A stretch of 33,780 nucleotides of DNA from a virus (lineage: Duplodnaviria > Caudoviricetes): positions 1-33,780 of the IMG/VR virus record IMGVR_UViG_3300039068_000052. One strand, 5' to 3'. The translations under genes were made by a program, and so were the position numbers. Every line of letters starts with the position of its first letter. Positions within the stretch are counted from its first letter, which is position 1. Of the stretch, positions 25,232-32,681 are shown piece after piece. A model generated the notes under the pieces. The model had not been told where the DNA came from. It saw only the letters and a list, made by a program, of their open reading frames with translations, and did no database searches.

Positions 25232-25836
25232 GCACAAAGCCCCTGTTTGGCAGCAGCCACCACGGTCACGTTGTGCTTTTCGAGCCACTTCCGCAGCTCG
25301 CGACGCAGTTCATCGGCCGCAAAGCCGGTGCGCGCGATAAGGGTCCGGTTGAGCGCATCCCACCGGCAATGGTCGATGTACTTGATCGCGAAGGGCTCGC
25401 CCGCGAACTTGGCGGCAGAGGCTCGAAGCTCGGGAGGCCCGTCAAACTCAGACGCGACCTTTGGGCTTGTCGGGAAGGTTGAGATGGTTGCGGTCTTAGG
25501 CGCGCGGGCTATCGCGACGATGACCCAATTACGCCAAGCCATGCCCCAATCCCGGCAGCGGCGATCGTTCTGGCCAGCGTGCGCGGTGAACTTCTCAGCC
25601 TCTAGGCGGGCGTCGATGTTGCGGCCCTCGGAGCGGATCTTCGCCTGGGCTTCGGCAATGGCCTTGTCGTCTGGATAGCCGGGAGGAATAGCCGTCTCAG
25701 GCTTGCGGCGCGAGACCTTCCCGCGCACTGGCTCAAGAAGCCCCTCCCCCGCCTCATGCGCTTTGATGGCGGCTAAAATCGTCTGGCGATCAGCCCCGGC
25801 GTCGAAAAGCGCCTCAACCACTGACGAGAGCGTCAT
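25228..25836 (-). CDS. Replication initiator-like protein (DnaT-like C-terminal motif)
   Basis: IPPGYP...EAEKFTAH...RDWGMAWRNWV motif typical of phage O-like/DnaT-like proteins. Confidence 0.6.
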   Translation of the reverse strand: MTLSSVVEALFDAGADRQTILAAIKAHEAGEGLLEPVRGKVSRRKPETAIPPGYPDDKAIAEAQAKIRSEGRNIDARLEAEKFTAHAGQNDRRCRDWGMAWRNWVIVAIARAPKTATISTFPTSPKVASEFDGPPELRASAAKFAGEPFAIKYIDHCRWDALNRTLIARTGFAADELRRELRKWLEKHNVTVVAAAKQGLCA

Positions 25837-26129
25837 GCGGCCTCCCGCAGTTCAGCAGGACCGCAGCCGATCGCGCCGATGCGCTGCAAGCCGTTCTTGA
25901 TGGTTGAGAAGTCACGTCCACCAAACCAGCGGCCGATCTGGTGATAGGAGGGGGGAGCACCCGAGATTACGATCCGCTCACGGATGCGCGCCCATGCGTC
26001 GTAGCGGGCATGGCAAAGCGCCTTGCGAGACAGATGGCCAACAAGGTCCTCTGGCGTGAAGCCGTGTTCTTCGGCGACCTCTTGGATGATCTCGCGGACA
26101 CGGGGCGGGATGCCAGACATGGAGGTCAT
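25833..26129 (-). CDS. Stand-alone DnaA C-terminal (domain IV) HTH protein, copy 2
   Basis: IIQEVAEEHG...LCHARYDAWARIR...SYHQIGRWFGGRDFSTIKNG. Confidence 0.85.
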   Translation of the reverse strand: MTSMSGIPPRVREIIQEVAEEHGFTPEDLVGHLSRKALCHARYDAWARIRERIVISGAPPSYHQIGRWFGGRDFSTIKNGLQRIGAIGCGPAELREAA

Positions 26130-26827
26130 GCGGCCTCACCTCCACCGAAGAGGCTTTCCTGAACAGGCTTGTTAGCTGGCTCGTCGGCGAAAAGGCGGGG
26201 CTGCTTGTAGGCCTCTTCGATACGGCGGCAGGCGATGTCGAAGTAAGACGGCTCGCGCTCGATGCCGATGAAGGATCGGCCCAGGTTGACGCAGGCCACG
26301 CCGGTAGTGCCAGAGCCCATGAAGGGGTCTAGGATTGTGTGAGCATCAGGCACGAAGCCGAGGCACCACTGCATAAGGTGCAAGGGCTTTTGGGTGGGGT
26401 GTCCATTTCCACAAGCAACCCGCTCAAGGCCCGTCGCACTGATCGAATAGCGGTAATATCCGCTGTTGCGGTTGATATTGGTCCACGCCAGCTCAACCGG
26501 CGAAAGACTTGGCGCAATGTCGGGCTTATGCCAAACCAACCAGCAACGGGAGGCAGGCAAGCCAAAGTAGTTTCCACCCCAAACAATTGATTGTTGGGCG
26601 GCGGCGACAAAAGGCTTCACATCCGGCGCCACCTTGTCCCAATCATTCTGTCGATACTTAGTCGCGGCGGGTCGGTTTTTGCCGACAACGGGGGCAGAAG
26701 AATAGCCGATGCCATACGGCGGGTCCGTCACAACCGCGTCCACCTTGCCAAGCGTCGGCAGGATGTCCCGGCAGTCGCCAAGCAGAAGGGTGCAATCCCC
26801 GATGATCTCTTTGCGGGTGTAGGTCAT
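26126..26827 (-). CDS. Orphan N6-adenine/N4-cytosine DNA methyltransferase, beta class
   Basis: TDPPY (motif IV) before HPTQKP and LDPFMGSGTT (motif I). Confidence 0.93.
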   Translation of the reverse strand: MTYTRKEIIGDCTLLLGDCRDILPTLGKVDAVVTDPPYGIGYSSAPVVGKNRPAATKYRQNDWDKVAPDVKPFVAAAQQSIVWGGNYFGLPASRCWLVWHKPDIAPSLSPVELAWTNINRNSGYYRYSISATGLERVACGNGHPTQKPLHLMQWCLGFVPDAHTILDPFMGSGTTGVACVNLGRSFIGIEREPSYFDIACRRIEEAYKQPRLFADEPANKPVQESLFGGGEAA

Positions 26828-27171
26828 GCGCCCTCCTCGCTAAACAGGGCCTCAGCGGCTTTACGGGCAGACGTGCGCCCGCCCTTGATGTCGGCGTTGA
26901 GGGTGTTGGACAGCTCGCCCAGGAAGCTGGCGACGCCGGGTCCGTCCTCCAGTGCCTTCAGGCGCGAGGCGAACTCACGGATGACGGACTTGGCCGCGTC
27001 GGGCTGGAGGTGGACCGCATAGCCGTTCAGCACCCCATCGGCCGTTGACTTGGCCTTGGCGGCGAAGTGCTCCCGGCGCGCACGCTCGCGTTCGGCCGTG
27101 ACGCCGCGCGACTTGGCCTTGTCGATCTTGGCGAGCTGCTGGTCTTCGATGCGAGAGGCTCGGGCTGTCAT
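26824..27171 (-). CDS. Hypothetical protein
   Basis: ATGA overlaps on both sides. Confidence 0.65.
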   Translation of the reverse strand: MTARASRIEDQQLAKIDKAKSRGVTAERERARREHFAAKAKSTADGVLNGYAVHLQPDAAKSVIREFASRLKALEDGPGVASFLGELSNTLNADIKGGRTSARKAAEALFSEEGA

Positions 27172-27461
27172 GCCTTGCGAGCCCCCTTGATGACTTCAAG
27201 GGCTTCAGCGGCCTTGAGGCCATGCGAGCGGATCAAAGCCTTGTAAGCAAGGCGCTCCTCTTCTGTGATCCCGACGCGCTCACAAAACGCCTTGAGCTGG
27301 ATTTGCCGCATGTGCTGCCGCCCCTCCTCGCTCATCGGCGGCTTGCGGTGGCGCCCACGCATATCCAGGCGCTTGCGGATGGACATGCGGCTGAAATGCT
27401 GGGCAAGCACCCACGCGGCGGTTTCAGGCGACACGGCGCGGAAGTTGTCGCCCTGCATCAC
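27168..27461 (-). CDS. Hypothetical basic protein
   Basis: GAGG RBS; overlap-coupled to both neighbours. Confidence 0.6.
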   Translation of the reverse strand: MMQGDNFRAVSPETAAWVLAQHFSRMSIRKRLDMRGRHRKPPMSEEGRQHMRQIQLKAFCERVGITEEERLAYKALIRSHGLKAAEALEVIKGARKA

Positions 27462-27934
27462 GGCGCCACCTCTTCGAGGTAGTCGCGGCCGGCGTCCGTG
27501 ATGGTGACGAGGCCGTTGTAGCCGCCGCCGTCCTTGCTCGCGCGGGACTTCTCGACAAGGCCGTTGGCGTCCATGCCGAGCACTTGCTTTTCGACCGCAT
27601 CAACCGGGAGGTCGGTGATTTCCCAGAGGCGGCCAAGGAACTGACTGCCGCCGCTCTCCACCAACGTCCGAAGGATCATCTGGCGGATGCCCTCGTTGCG
27701 CTCTTCGAGCACCTGGGTTCGGCTTTTCGGGAGCGCCAGCCGTTCGCGCTTGGCCTCCAGCTTAGCCAGACGCTCGCGAGCCAGGGCGCGTCGCACGGCC
27801 ATATCGCCAGGGCCATCGTTGGGCCGAACCACGACCTTGCGGTCCCGGCGCCGGTCAACGTCCGTCATGCGGAACATCGGGCGGTAGGTGTCGCGCTCCA
27901 CGGCGCGGGCGGTCACGTCGATGACGATGGTCAT
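27458..27934 (-). CDS. Hypothetical protein with C-terminal winged-helix-like domain
   Basis: True start MTIVIDV at 27934 (ATGA overlap); ILRTL...LW...VEKQV..M..NGLVEK...ITDAGRDYL resembles wHTH. Confidence 0.6.
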   Translation of the reverse strand: MTIVIDVTARAVERDTYRPMFRMTDVDRRRDRKVVVRPNDGPGDMAVRRALARERLAKLEAKRERLALPKSRTQVLEERNEGIRQMILRTLVESGGSQFLGRLWEITDLPVDAVEKQVLGMDANGLVEKSRASKDGGGYNGLVTITDAGRDYLEEVAP

Positions 27935-28329
27935 GCGGCCTCCAACGGGATCACGGTCACGCGGACCATGGGATTTGCGGGATAGACGGGCGCGGTGCAG
28001 GGCGAGGACCACTCGACGGTCATCCCCTCGTTCCACCGGTCGTCGGTGATGACCTCGGCCTTCTTGAGGAGGTCGAGAAGCGCCTTGATCCTGCCGTCCA
28101 GATCGGCGCGGTTGCCCTTGTCGGGACGGTCGAAGATCAGACCCAGGCGGAACCAGTGAGGCGCGACGCGCTTGGCCGCGCGCGGGACCAGCCAGCCCGC
28201 CGCTTTCTGCCACGCCCGGTATTCCGACGAGGTGACGCGCTTTGGCCCCTTCGCCGTCATGACGGTCGGATAGAGGTTGTTCACGCTCGGAGGCATGGGG
28301 AGCGAGAAGGTGATGCGACCCAGCGTCAC
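27931..28329 (-). CDS. rusA: RusA-family Holliday junction resolvase
   Basis: LPMPPSVNNLY, DLDGRIKALLDLL...ITDD motifs. Confidence 0.88.
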   Translation of the reverse strand: MTLGRITFSLPMPPSVNNLYPTVMTAKGPKRVTSSEYRAWQKAAGWLVPRAAKRVAPHWFRLGLIFDRPDKGNRADLDGRIKALLDLLKKAEVITDDRWNEGMTVEWSSPCTAPVYPANPMVRVTVIPLEAA

Positions 28330-28622
28330 GACGCCGCCTCCCGCTTCCAGCGCCGGACGGTCGCGTCGTGAACGCCGAACTCGTATGCAGCTCGCTTAAC
28401 ACCGATCAAGCGCGCCGCTTTCAACGCGGCGTGTCGGATGTGGTCAGGCGCTCCCCGCGTCTCAAAGCCTCTTCGCGCGCCGCGCTTTTCGCAGAGACCG
28501 GCTCGGCTCCAAACGCCAATGACGGCGTTGCGCGTGCATCCGACAAGTTTCGCGATTTGAGCCGCGCTCATCGTGCCGCGAAGTTCGCAGATGCGCTTGT
28601 TGCGCTCGGTCTGTTCACGCAT
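28326..28622 (-). CDS. GcrA-like N-terminal HTH fused to a second HTH
   Basis: MSAAQIAKLVGCTRNAVIGVWSRAGL resembles the GcrA N-terminal motif; C-terminal VKRAAYEFGVHDATVRRW is a second HTH; true start ATG 28622. Confidence 0.7.
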   Translation of the reverse strand: MREQTERNKRICELRGTMSAAQIAKLVGCTRNAVIGVWSRAGLCEKRGARRGFETRGAPDHIRHAALKAARLIGVKRAAYEFGVHDATVRRWKREAAS

Positions 28623-28906
28623 CACGCCACCCCCGGCGGTAGCGGCTTGCCGGTCGCAGCAGCCAGGCCCCGAAGGGTCGCGGCCTTGACCGCCTTCCGA
28701 GCGGCCTTGCAACCGGGAAGGCTCGTCGCGGCGAGCGCACGGATGCGGGCGAACTCGTCGGGCGCGGCCGGCGCCGCCTTGCGCGACAGGTCGATCGTCG
28801 CAAAGGACCAGGGCCAGCGCAGTTCGGCGCTAAAGCCCTTCATCCATGCGATGAAGCCGCCGTCCAATCCTGAGACGGAAGCCTTGGGGTGTTGGGCGGC
28901 GGCCAT
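28622..28906 (-). CDS. Hypothetical protein
   Basis: Tightly packed between gapR and the GcrA-like gene. Confidence 0.55.
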   Translation of the reverse strand: MAAAQHPKASVSGLDGGFIAWMKGFSAELRWPWSFATIDLSRKAAPAAPDEFARIRALAATSLPGCKAARKAVKAATLRGLAAATGKPLPPGVA

Positions 28907-28909
28907 GGG

Positions 28910-29176
28910 TTAGATCTCGCCGATGGCCGACAGATAGAGGTCCATGATGGCGTCCTCTTCCTGGCGCTTGGCGCGGTCCTGCTTTCGGATGCGGACCACC
29001 TTCTTGAGCACCTTCGCGTCGAAGCCGTTGCCCTTGGCTTCGGCGTAGACCTCCTTGATCTGCTCCATGATCTCGGCCTTCTCGACCTCCAGGCGCTCGA
29101 TCCGGTCAATGACCGACTTGAGTTGCGCTTGGGCGGTCTGGCCAAGAACGTCGGTGTGGGGAATGGCGTCGCTCAT
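28910..29176 (-). CDS. gapR: Nucleoid-associated protein GapR (DUF2312)
   Basis: DAIPHTDVL..TAQ.QLKS.I.RIERLEVEKAEIMEQIKEVYAEAKGNGFD.KVLKKVVRIRKQDRAKRQEEDAI.DLYLSAIGEI closely matches Caulobacter GapR as I recall it; start ATG 29176. Confidence 0.92.
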   Translation of the reverse strand: MSDAIPHTDVLGQTAQAQLKSVIDRIERLEVEKAEIMEQIKEVYAEAKGNGFDAKVLKKVVRIRKQDRAKRQEEDAIMDLYLSAIGEI

Positions 29177-29460
29177 CGCGAGTACACCACGCGGCATTCG
29201 CCTTCGAGCGAGGTCAGACGACCGTTGGCCGCGTCGACGAAGCTGATCCGGCCACCCTCGTCGTAGATCACTTTGCCGGTCGAGAGACCGTTGAAGGTGA
29301 GCGTGCCGTATGCGTAGCAGGTGACGGCGGCAGGCTTGTCGCTGTAAAGCGCATCGCGGCTCGCCTTATAGGAGTCGGTGGCGTAATAGCCATCGCAGGC
29401 CGCAAGAGACGCAGCAACAGCGGCAAGCGCGGCAATGGGGAAGAACTTAGACTTGGCCAT
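29173..29460 (-). CDS. Predicted lipoprotein
   Basis: MAKSKFFPIAALAAVAASLAAC lipobox; GAGGGG RBS; two further Cys. Confidence 0.7.
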   Translation of the reverse strand: MAKSKFFPIAALAAVAASLAACDGYYATDSYKASRDALYSDKPAAVTCYAYGTLTFNGLSTGKVIYDEGGRISFVDAANGRLTSLEGECRVVYSR

Positions 29461-29518
29461 TATCGGCCCCCTCTGCATATGCGCCGGACGTGATGGCCCC
29501 GGCGCTTGGCCAGGACCG

Positions 29519-29680
29519 TCAGCGCAAAGAGCGGACGGCGAAGATGATCAGAGCCCAGAGGCCAGCCGACAGAAGAGCGGCGATGGTCAGGCCATGGAGA
29601 ATGGAGAGCTTGCCAGAGCGTCCGGGAGGCGAGCCGATCGGCTTCCCGGGCCTAACGGTGTTGCGGATGGCGGCGCTCAT
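29519..29680 (-). CDS. Small protein with C-terminal TM helix
   Basis: GLTIAALLSAGLWALIIFAV; ATGA overlap; GGGAG RBS. Confidence 0.5.
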   Translation of the reverse strand: MSAAIRNTVRPGKPIGSPPGRSGKLSILHGLTIAALLSAGLWALIIFAVRSLR

Positions 29681-29835
29681 TGCAGCCGCTCCCAAATCCA
29701 AAGGACGCAGAGCGAAACCAAGATGGCGTCACCAAGCCACGGCTTGCTTTCGCGGTGATGGCGCAGAACGCGGCTGAACCACATCAGCGCACAGACAACG
29801 CAGCCGAGGATGTAGAGCTGATCAGCCTCGCTCAT
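29677..29835 (-). CDS. Small two-TM protein
   Basis: LYILGCVVCALMWF and AILVSLCVLWIW; TGATG coupling to upstream gene. Confidence 0.5.
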   Translation of the reverse strand: MSEADQLYILGCVVCALMWFSRVLRHHRESKPWLGDAILVSLCVLWIWERLQ

Positions 29836-30245
29836 CACCCCACCGCCTTCGGCAGGGCGCGGCCGCAATCCATGATCTCGACCAGGGCGGTGGCGAACTT
29901 GTCGTTCAGCGAGCGGGCCTTCAGCGGCGTGATGTTCTCGCCGGCCTGACGGGCCTCGCTCTGAAACAGAGCAGCCGCTTCCGTCGCTTCGGACGTTTCA
30001 GTCGCCAGAGACCCAGGCGCAGGCTCGTCGCCGTCCAGCAGCAGGGCGGCGAAAGCGGCGCGCTCGCTCGCGTTGGCGACAAGGCGGATGCGGTGGAAGC
30101 CGATCGTCGTATCGGGGTGATCGTCGGAGCAGTATTGCGACCACACGCCCGGCGAGACATTGGCCGCGAAGGCGGCGGCCTTGCCCGAACCGTAGCGGGC
30201 TTCGATCCGGCGACAGAGCGCCTTGATTAGCATGGTCTGAGCCAA
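29835..30245 (-). CDS. CII-position regulatory protein
   Basis: LIKALCRRI...G.GKAAA...VSPGVWSQYC HTH-like N-terminus; GGAGG RBS before TTG; downstream of cro. Confidence 0.6.
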   Translation of the reverse strand: MAQTMLIKALCRRIEARYGSGKAAAFAANVSPGVWSQYCSDDHPDTTIGFHRIRLVANASERAAFAALLLDGDEPAPGSLATETSEATEAAALFQSEARQAGENITPLKARSLNDKFATALVEIMDCGRALPKAVG

Positions 30246-30534
30246 ATTTAGGCCTCCTCAATTTGGGTGCGCTTGATCGCCGCAGAGCGCATGTTCCCCG
30301 TCGTCAGGCAGGCGGGCTTGACGGTTGAGGGCGCGTCATGGGGATGTTCGAAGACGGCGCCGGGGGTCAAAGCCCCTGGGCGCTCGCAATTCAGTTCGCG
30401 ATCGCCGCAGGGCGAAACCGCGCGAAGGCAAGGGAGCTTGGCGGCTCGCCGGGCCTGATCAAGGTGGCCGACCGGGCCAGCGTCAACGTGCGGATCGCGC
30501 TGGGCGAAGGCATGGCCGACCTTCTGATAGGTGG

Positions 30535-30695
30535 GGGGCGCCAGGACGCGGGAGAACGTCCCGGCGCCGATCGCGACGCGCTCGGAGGGGGAGGATGAGC
30601 GGTCTAGCGATAGACCGGCGCGCGCACGCCCTTCGTTACGCACGCGCGCCGCAGCAGGACCCGCACCGGGGGGAAGGTGCTGGTGGGTCCTGCCG
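30535..30695 (-). ncRNA. Array of five adjacent GC-rich hairpins, three with CU-rich loops (cuckoo/alpha-r14-like)
   Basis: Hairpins at 30654-30693, 30617-30650, 30601-30616, 30580-30600 and 30537-30568; minus-strand loops TTCCCCCC, ATCCTCCCCCTCC, TTCTCCCG. Confidence 0.45.
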
Positions 30696-30844
30696 ATCTG
30701 AATGTGTTGAGCGCCGCCGATCACGGTTCGCACCCCAAGCCGGGGACATTAACCACGCGGTTTGTGTGGTCATGGTTGAAAGCGCTACCAAGCGCGACCT
30801 TGAGGGACTCGATTTCGACCGTCCCGGCGCCGTATCGGGCGCGC

Positions 30845-31081
30845 ATGACCGAACCCGAGATTTCCGCACCCACCGCCATATGGCTCGGAGCCATCCGACA
30901 AGCCGCGCTACTGGAGTACCTGGGGATCGACACGCCAGAGGCCCGCGACCACTTCGCCGGGTGCCTCTTGCGCGCCGCGACCACGATCAGGGACCGCGAC
31001 GGGGCCGACCCGGCGACCGAGGCCGCATACGCAATCGTTCGCGAAGAGGCTTGCCAGCTCATGACCTCACGAGAGGCTTGA
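30845..31081 (+). CDS. Hypothetical protein, antisense to the early operon
   Basis: 78-aa helical-looking ORF from ATG 30845 with GC-rich third positions; no clear RBS. Confidence 0.5.
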   Translation: MTEPEISAPTAIWLGAIRQAALLEYLGIDTPEARDHFAGCLLRAATTIRDRDGADPATEAAYAIVREEACQLMTSREA

Positions 31082-31165
31082 CGGCGCCCGACCTTGCCCC
31101 CGTAAATGCGCTTAAGGTTGTGCGTTTGGGGATTACCAGTGACCTTTGTGTACGACGTGCCGCGC

Positions 31166-31513
31166 ATGATCGAGGCAGGGCGGAAGGCGGCGGCGGAGTG
31201 CTCGCAACCGTTAACGCCACGTCCGTTTGTGGCGCAGGAAACGGCAACGTTCGCGGCCATGCCGCAACGCGCCGAAGTGCTTCCCTTCCCGTCCGAAAGA
31301 TCAGATGCGCCGGCCGTGCGCTTGGCCCTGGCGTCGATCCTGGCCACCGGGAAACCAACGCAGCTCGAAGTGGCCCGGTGCAGCGTCAACATGCGGCGCG
31401 CGGTGGCGGGCCTGAAGGCGCTCAAGCCTCGCGAGGGCGCTCCCTCCCCGATCAAGGCGATCGAGGAGCTGCAGCGCGCCTGTTCAGCTTGTGCAGCCTG
31501 CCGGGGCATTTAG
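31166..31513 (+). CDS. Hypothetical protein, antisense to the early operon, ending in CSACAAC
   Basis: Open frame whose stop overlaps the cro stop; start uncertain (31148 GTG or 31166 ATG). Confidence 0.45.
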   Translation: MIEAGRKAAAECSQPLTPRPFVAQETATFAAMPQRAEVLPFPSERSDAPAVRLALASILATGKPTQLEVARCSVNMRRAVAGLKALKPREGAPSPIKAIEELQRACSACAACRGI

Positions 31514-31743
31514 GCCGCCTTGGCCAAGACGCGCTCAACGGCGCGAATGTCACGGTCGGAGGCATTGACGAGCGGACCAACCTTGACGCCAGTGCGCTGC
31601 CAGATTTTCAGCGCCGTCTCAGGCGATGTCGGGCAACCGCGCTCAATGCGCGAGAGCTGGCTTTTCGTCAGACCGAAATCAGCGGCGAGAGCTTCCAGTG
31701 AAAGGTCTCGACCAGTCCGGTAAGTGCGAAGCGGGTGTTCCAT
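31510..31743 (-). CDS. Cro-like XRE HTH repressor
   Basis: MEHPLRTYR...LSLEALAADFGLTKSQLSRIERG; divergent from the cI-like gene. Confidence 0.85.
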   Translation of the reverse strand: MEHPLRTYRTGRDLSLEALAADFGLTKSQLSRIERGCPTSPETALKIWQRTGVKVGPLVNASDRDIRAVERVLAKAA

Positions 31744-31750
31744 ACCGCTT

Positions 31751-31801
31751 GTTGTACCCGACACAACATTGCATGGCAAGCAACGTTGTACCCGGCGACG
31801 T
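31751..31801. promoter_or_regulatory. OR-like operator cluster overlapping the pR-like promoter
   Basis: Abutting 17-bp sites GTTGTACCCGACACAAC (31751-31767), ATTGCATGGCAAGCAAC (31768-31784), GTTGTACCCGGCGACGT (31785-31801); minus strand TTGCCA-N17-TACAAC ends 7 nt before the cro ATG. Confidence 0.75.
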
Positions 31802-31835
31802 CGGAAAAATTTGTCGCGCACTGCACAATAGCGGG

Positions 31836-32174
31836 ATGATCAAGGAACGCATCATTCCCCAGCGGGCGCGCACCTACCTCAAGGAGTGGCGCAGGCACCG
31901 GGACATGAGCCTAGACAAGGTGATTGATCGCCTTGAGCTGGAAGTCGGCTTTCCCTTCTCGAAGGGTCAGCTCTCGCGGGTTGAGCGCGGCGAGCAGCCT
32001 TACAACCAGGATCTCTTGGAGGCCCTGGCGAAAGTGTACGGTTGTGACAGCGGCGATTTGATCAAGCGCGACCCGGCAGATCCGGAGCTGATCTGGGATC
32101 TCTACGACAAGATGACCGCGACGCAGCGCGTACAGGCCGCCGAAGTGATCAAGGCCTTGATGAAGGTCAGCTAG
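31836..32174 (+). CDS. CI-like XRE HTH repressor without S24 peptidase domain
   Basis: YLKEWRRHRDMSL...SKGQLSRVERGEQPYNQDLLEALA; 112 aa; likely start ATG 31836. Confidence 0.85.
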   Translation: MIKERIIPQRARTYLKEWRRHRDMSLDKVIDRLELEVGFPFSKGQLSRVERGEQPYNQDLLEALAKVYGCDSGDLIKRDPADPELIWDLYDKMTATQRVQAAEVIKALMKVS

Positions 32175-32244
32175 GCGGTTGCATGTATGTGTTGACGCCG
32201 CTTAAGGTAGCGCGCCGCCGCGTTGGCGGTTGGGAGGGCTTTCC

Positions 32245-32634
32245 ATGAAAATCGTACTGGTGGCCGCGTGCTGCCTTATGCTTGGCGCGTGCGCGACCGT
32301 GACGCGCGGATCTTCGGACGCTTGGCAGATCGACAGCGACCCGCAGGGCGCCAAGGTCGAGACGACCAACGGCCATTTCTGCAATGCCACGCCGTGCGCC
32401 ATCAAGATGAAGCGCAACAGCGAGTTTACCGCGACCGTGACCAAGAAGGGCTACAAGCCCGGCACGGTGCAGGTCACGAACAAGATCGCGGGCCAGGGTG
32501 GCGCGGCGCTGGCCGGTAACGTGCTCGTCGGCGGCGTGATCGGGCTTGGCGTCGACTCCATCACGGGCGCGTCCAAGGACCTCGTTCCGAACCCGGCTTT
32601 CGTGAAGCTGGAGCCGGAAGAGGCCCCCAAGTAG
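32245..32634 (+). CDS. Lipoprotein with PEGA-like domain
   Basis: LGAC lipobox; IDSDPQGAKV...TPC...KKGYK; AGNVLVGGVIGLGVD..TGA..DL.PNP glycine-zipper-like C-terminus. Confidence 0.8.
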   Translation: MKIVLVAACCLMLGACATVTRGSSDAWQIDSDPQGAKVETTNGHFCNATPCAIKMKRNSEFTATVTKKGYKPGTVQVTNKIAGQGGAALAGNVLVGGVIGLGVDSITGASKDLVPNPAFVKLEPEEAPK

Positions 32635-32681
32635 AACTGGCGGGAGGGCCTAGCGCCCTCCCCTTACCCCTGGAGGGGTGA

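Noticed and set aside
30248-31701. Long overlapping ORFs 30325-31701 (+), 30721-31509 (-), 30248-30733 (-)
   Set aside because: Arg/Gly/Pro-rich, run across hairpin arrays and better-supported genes, no RBS or motifs
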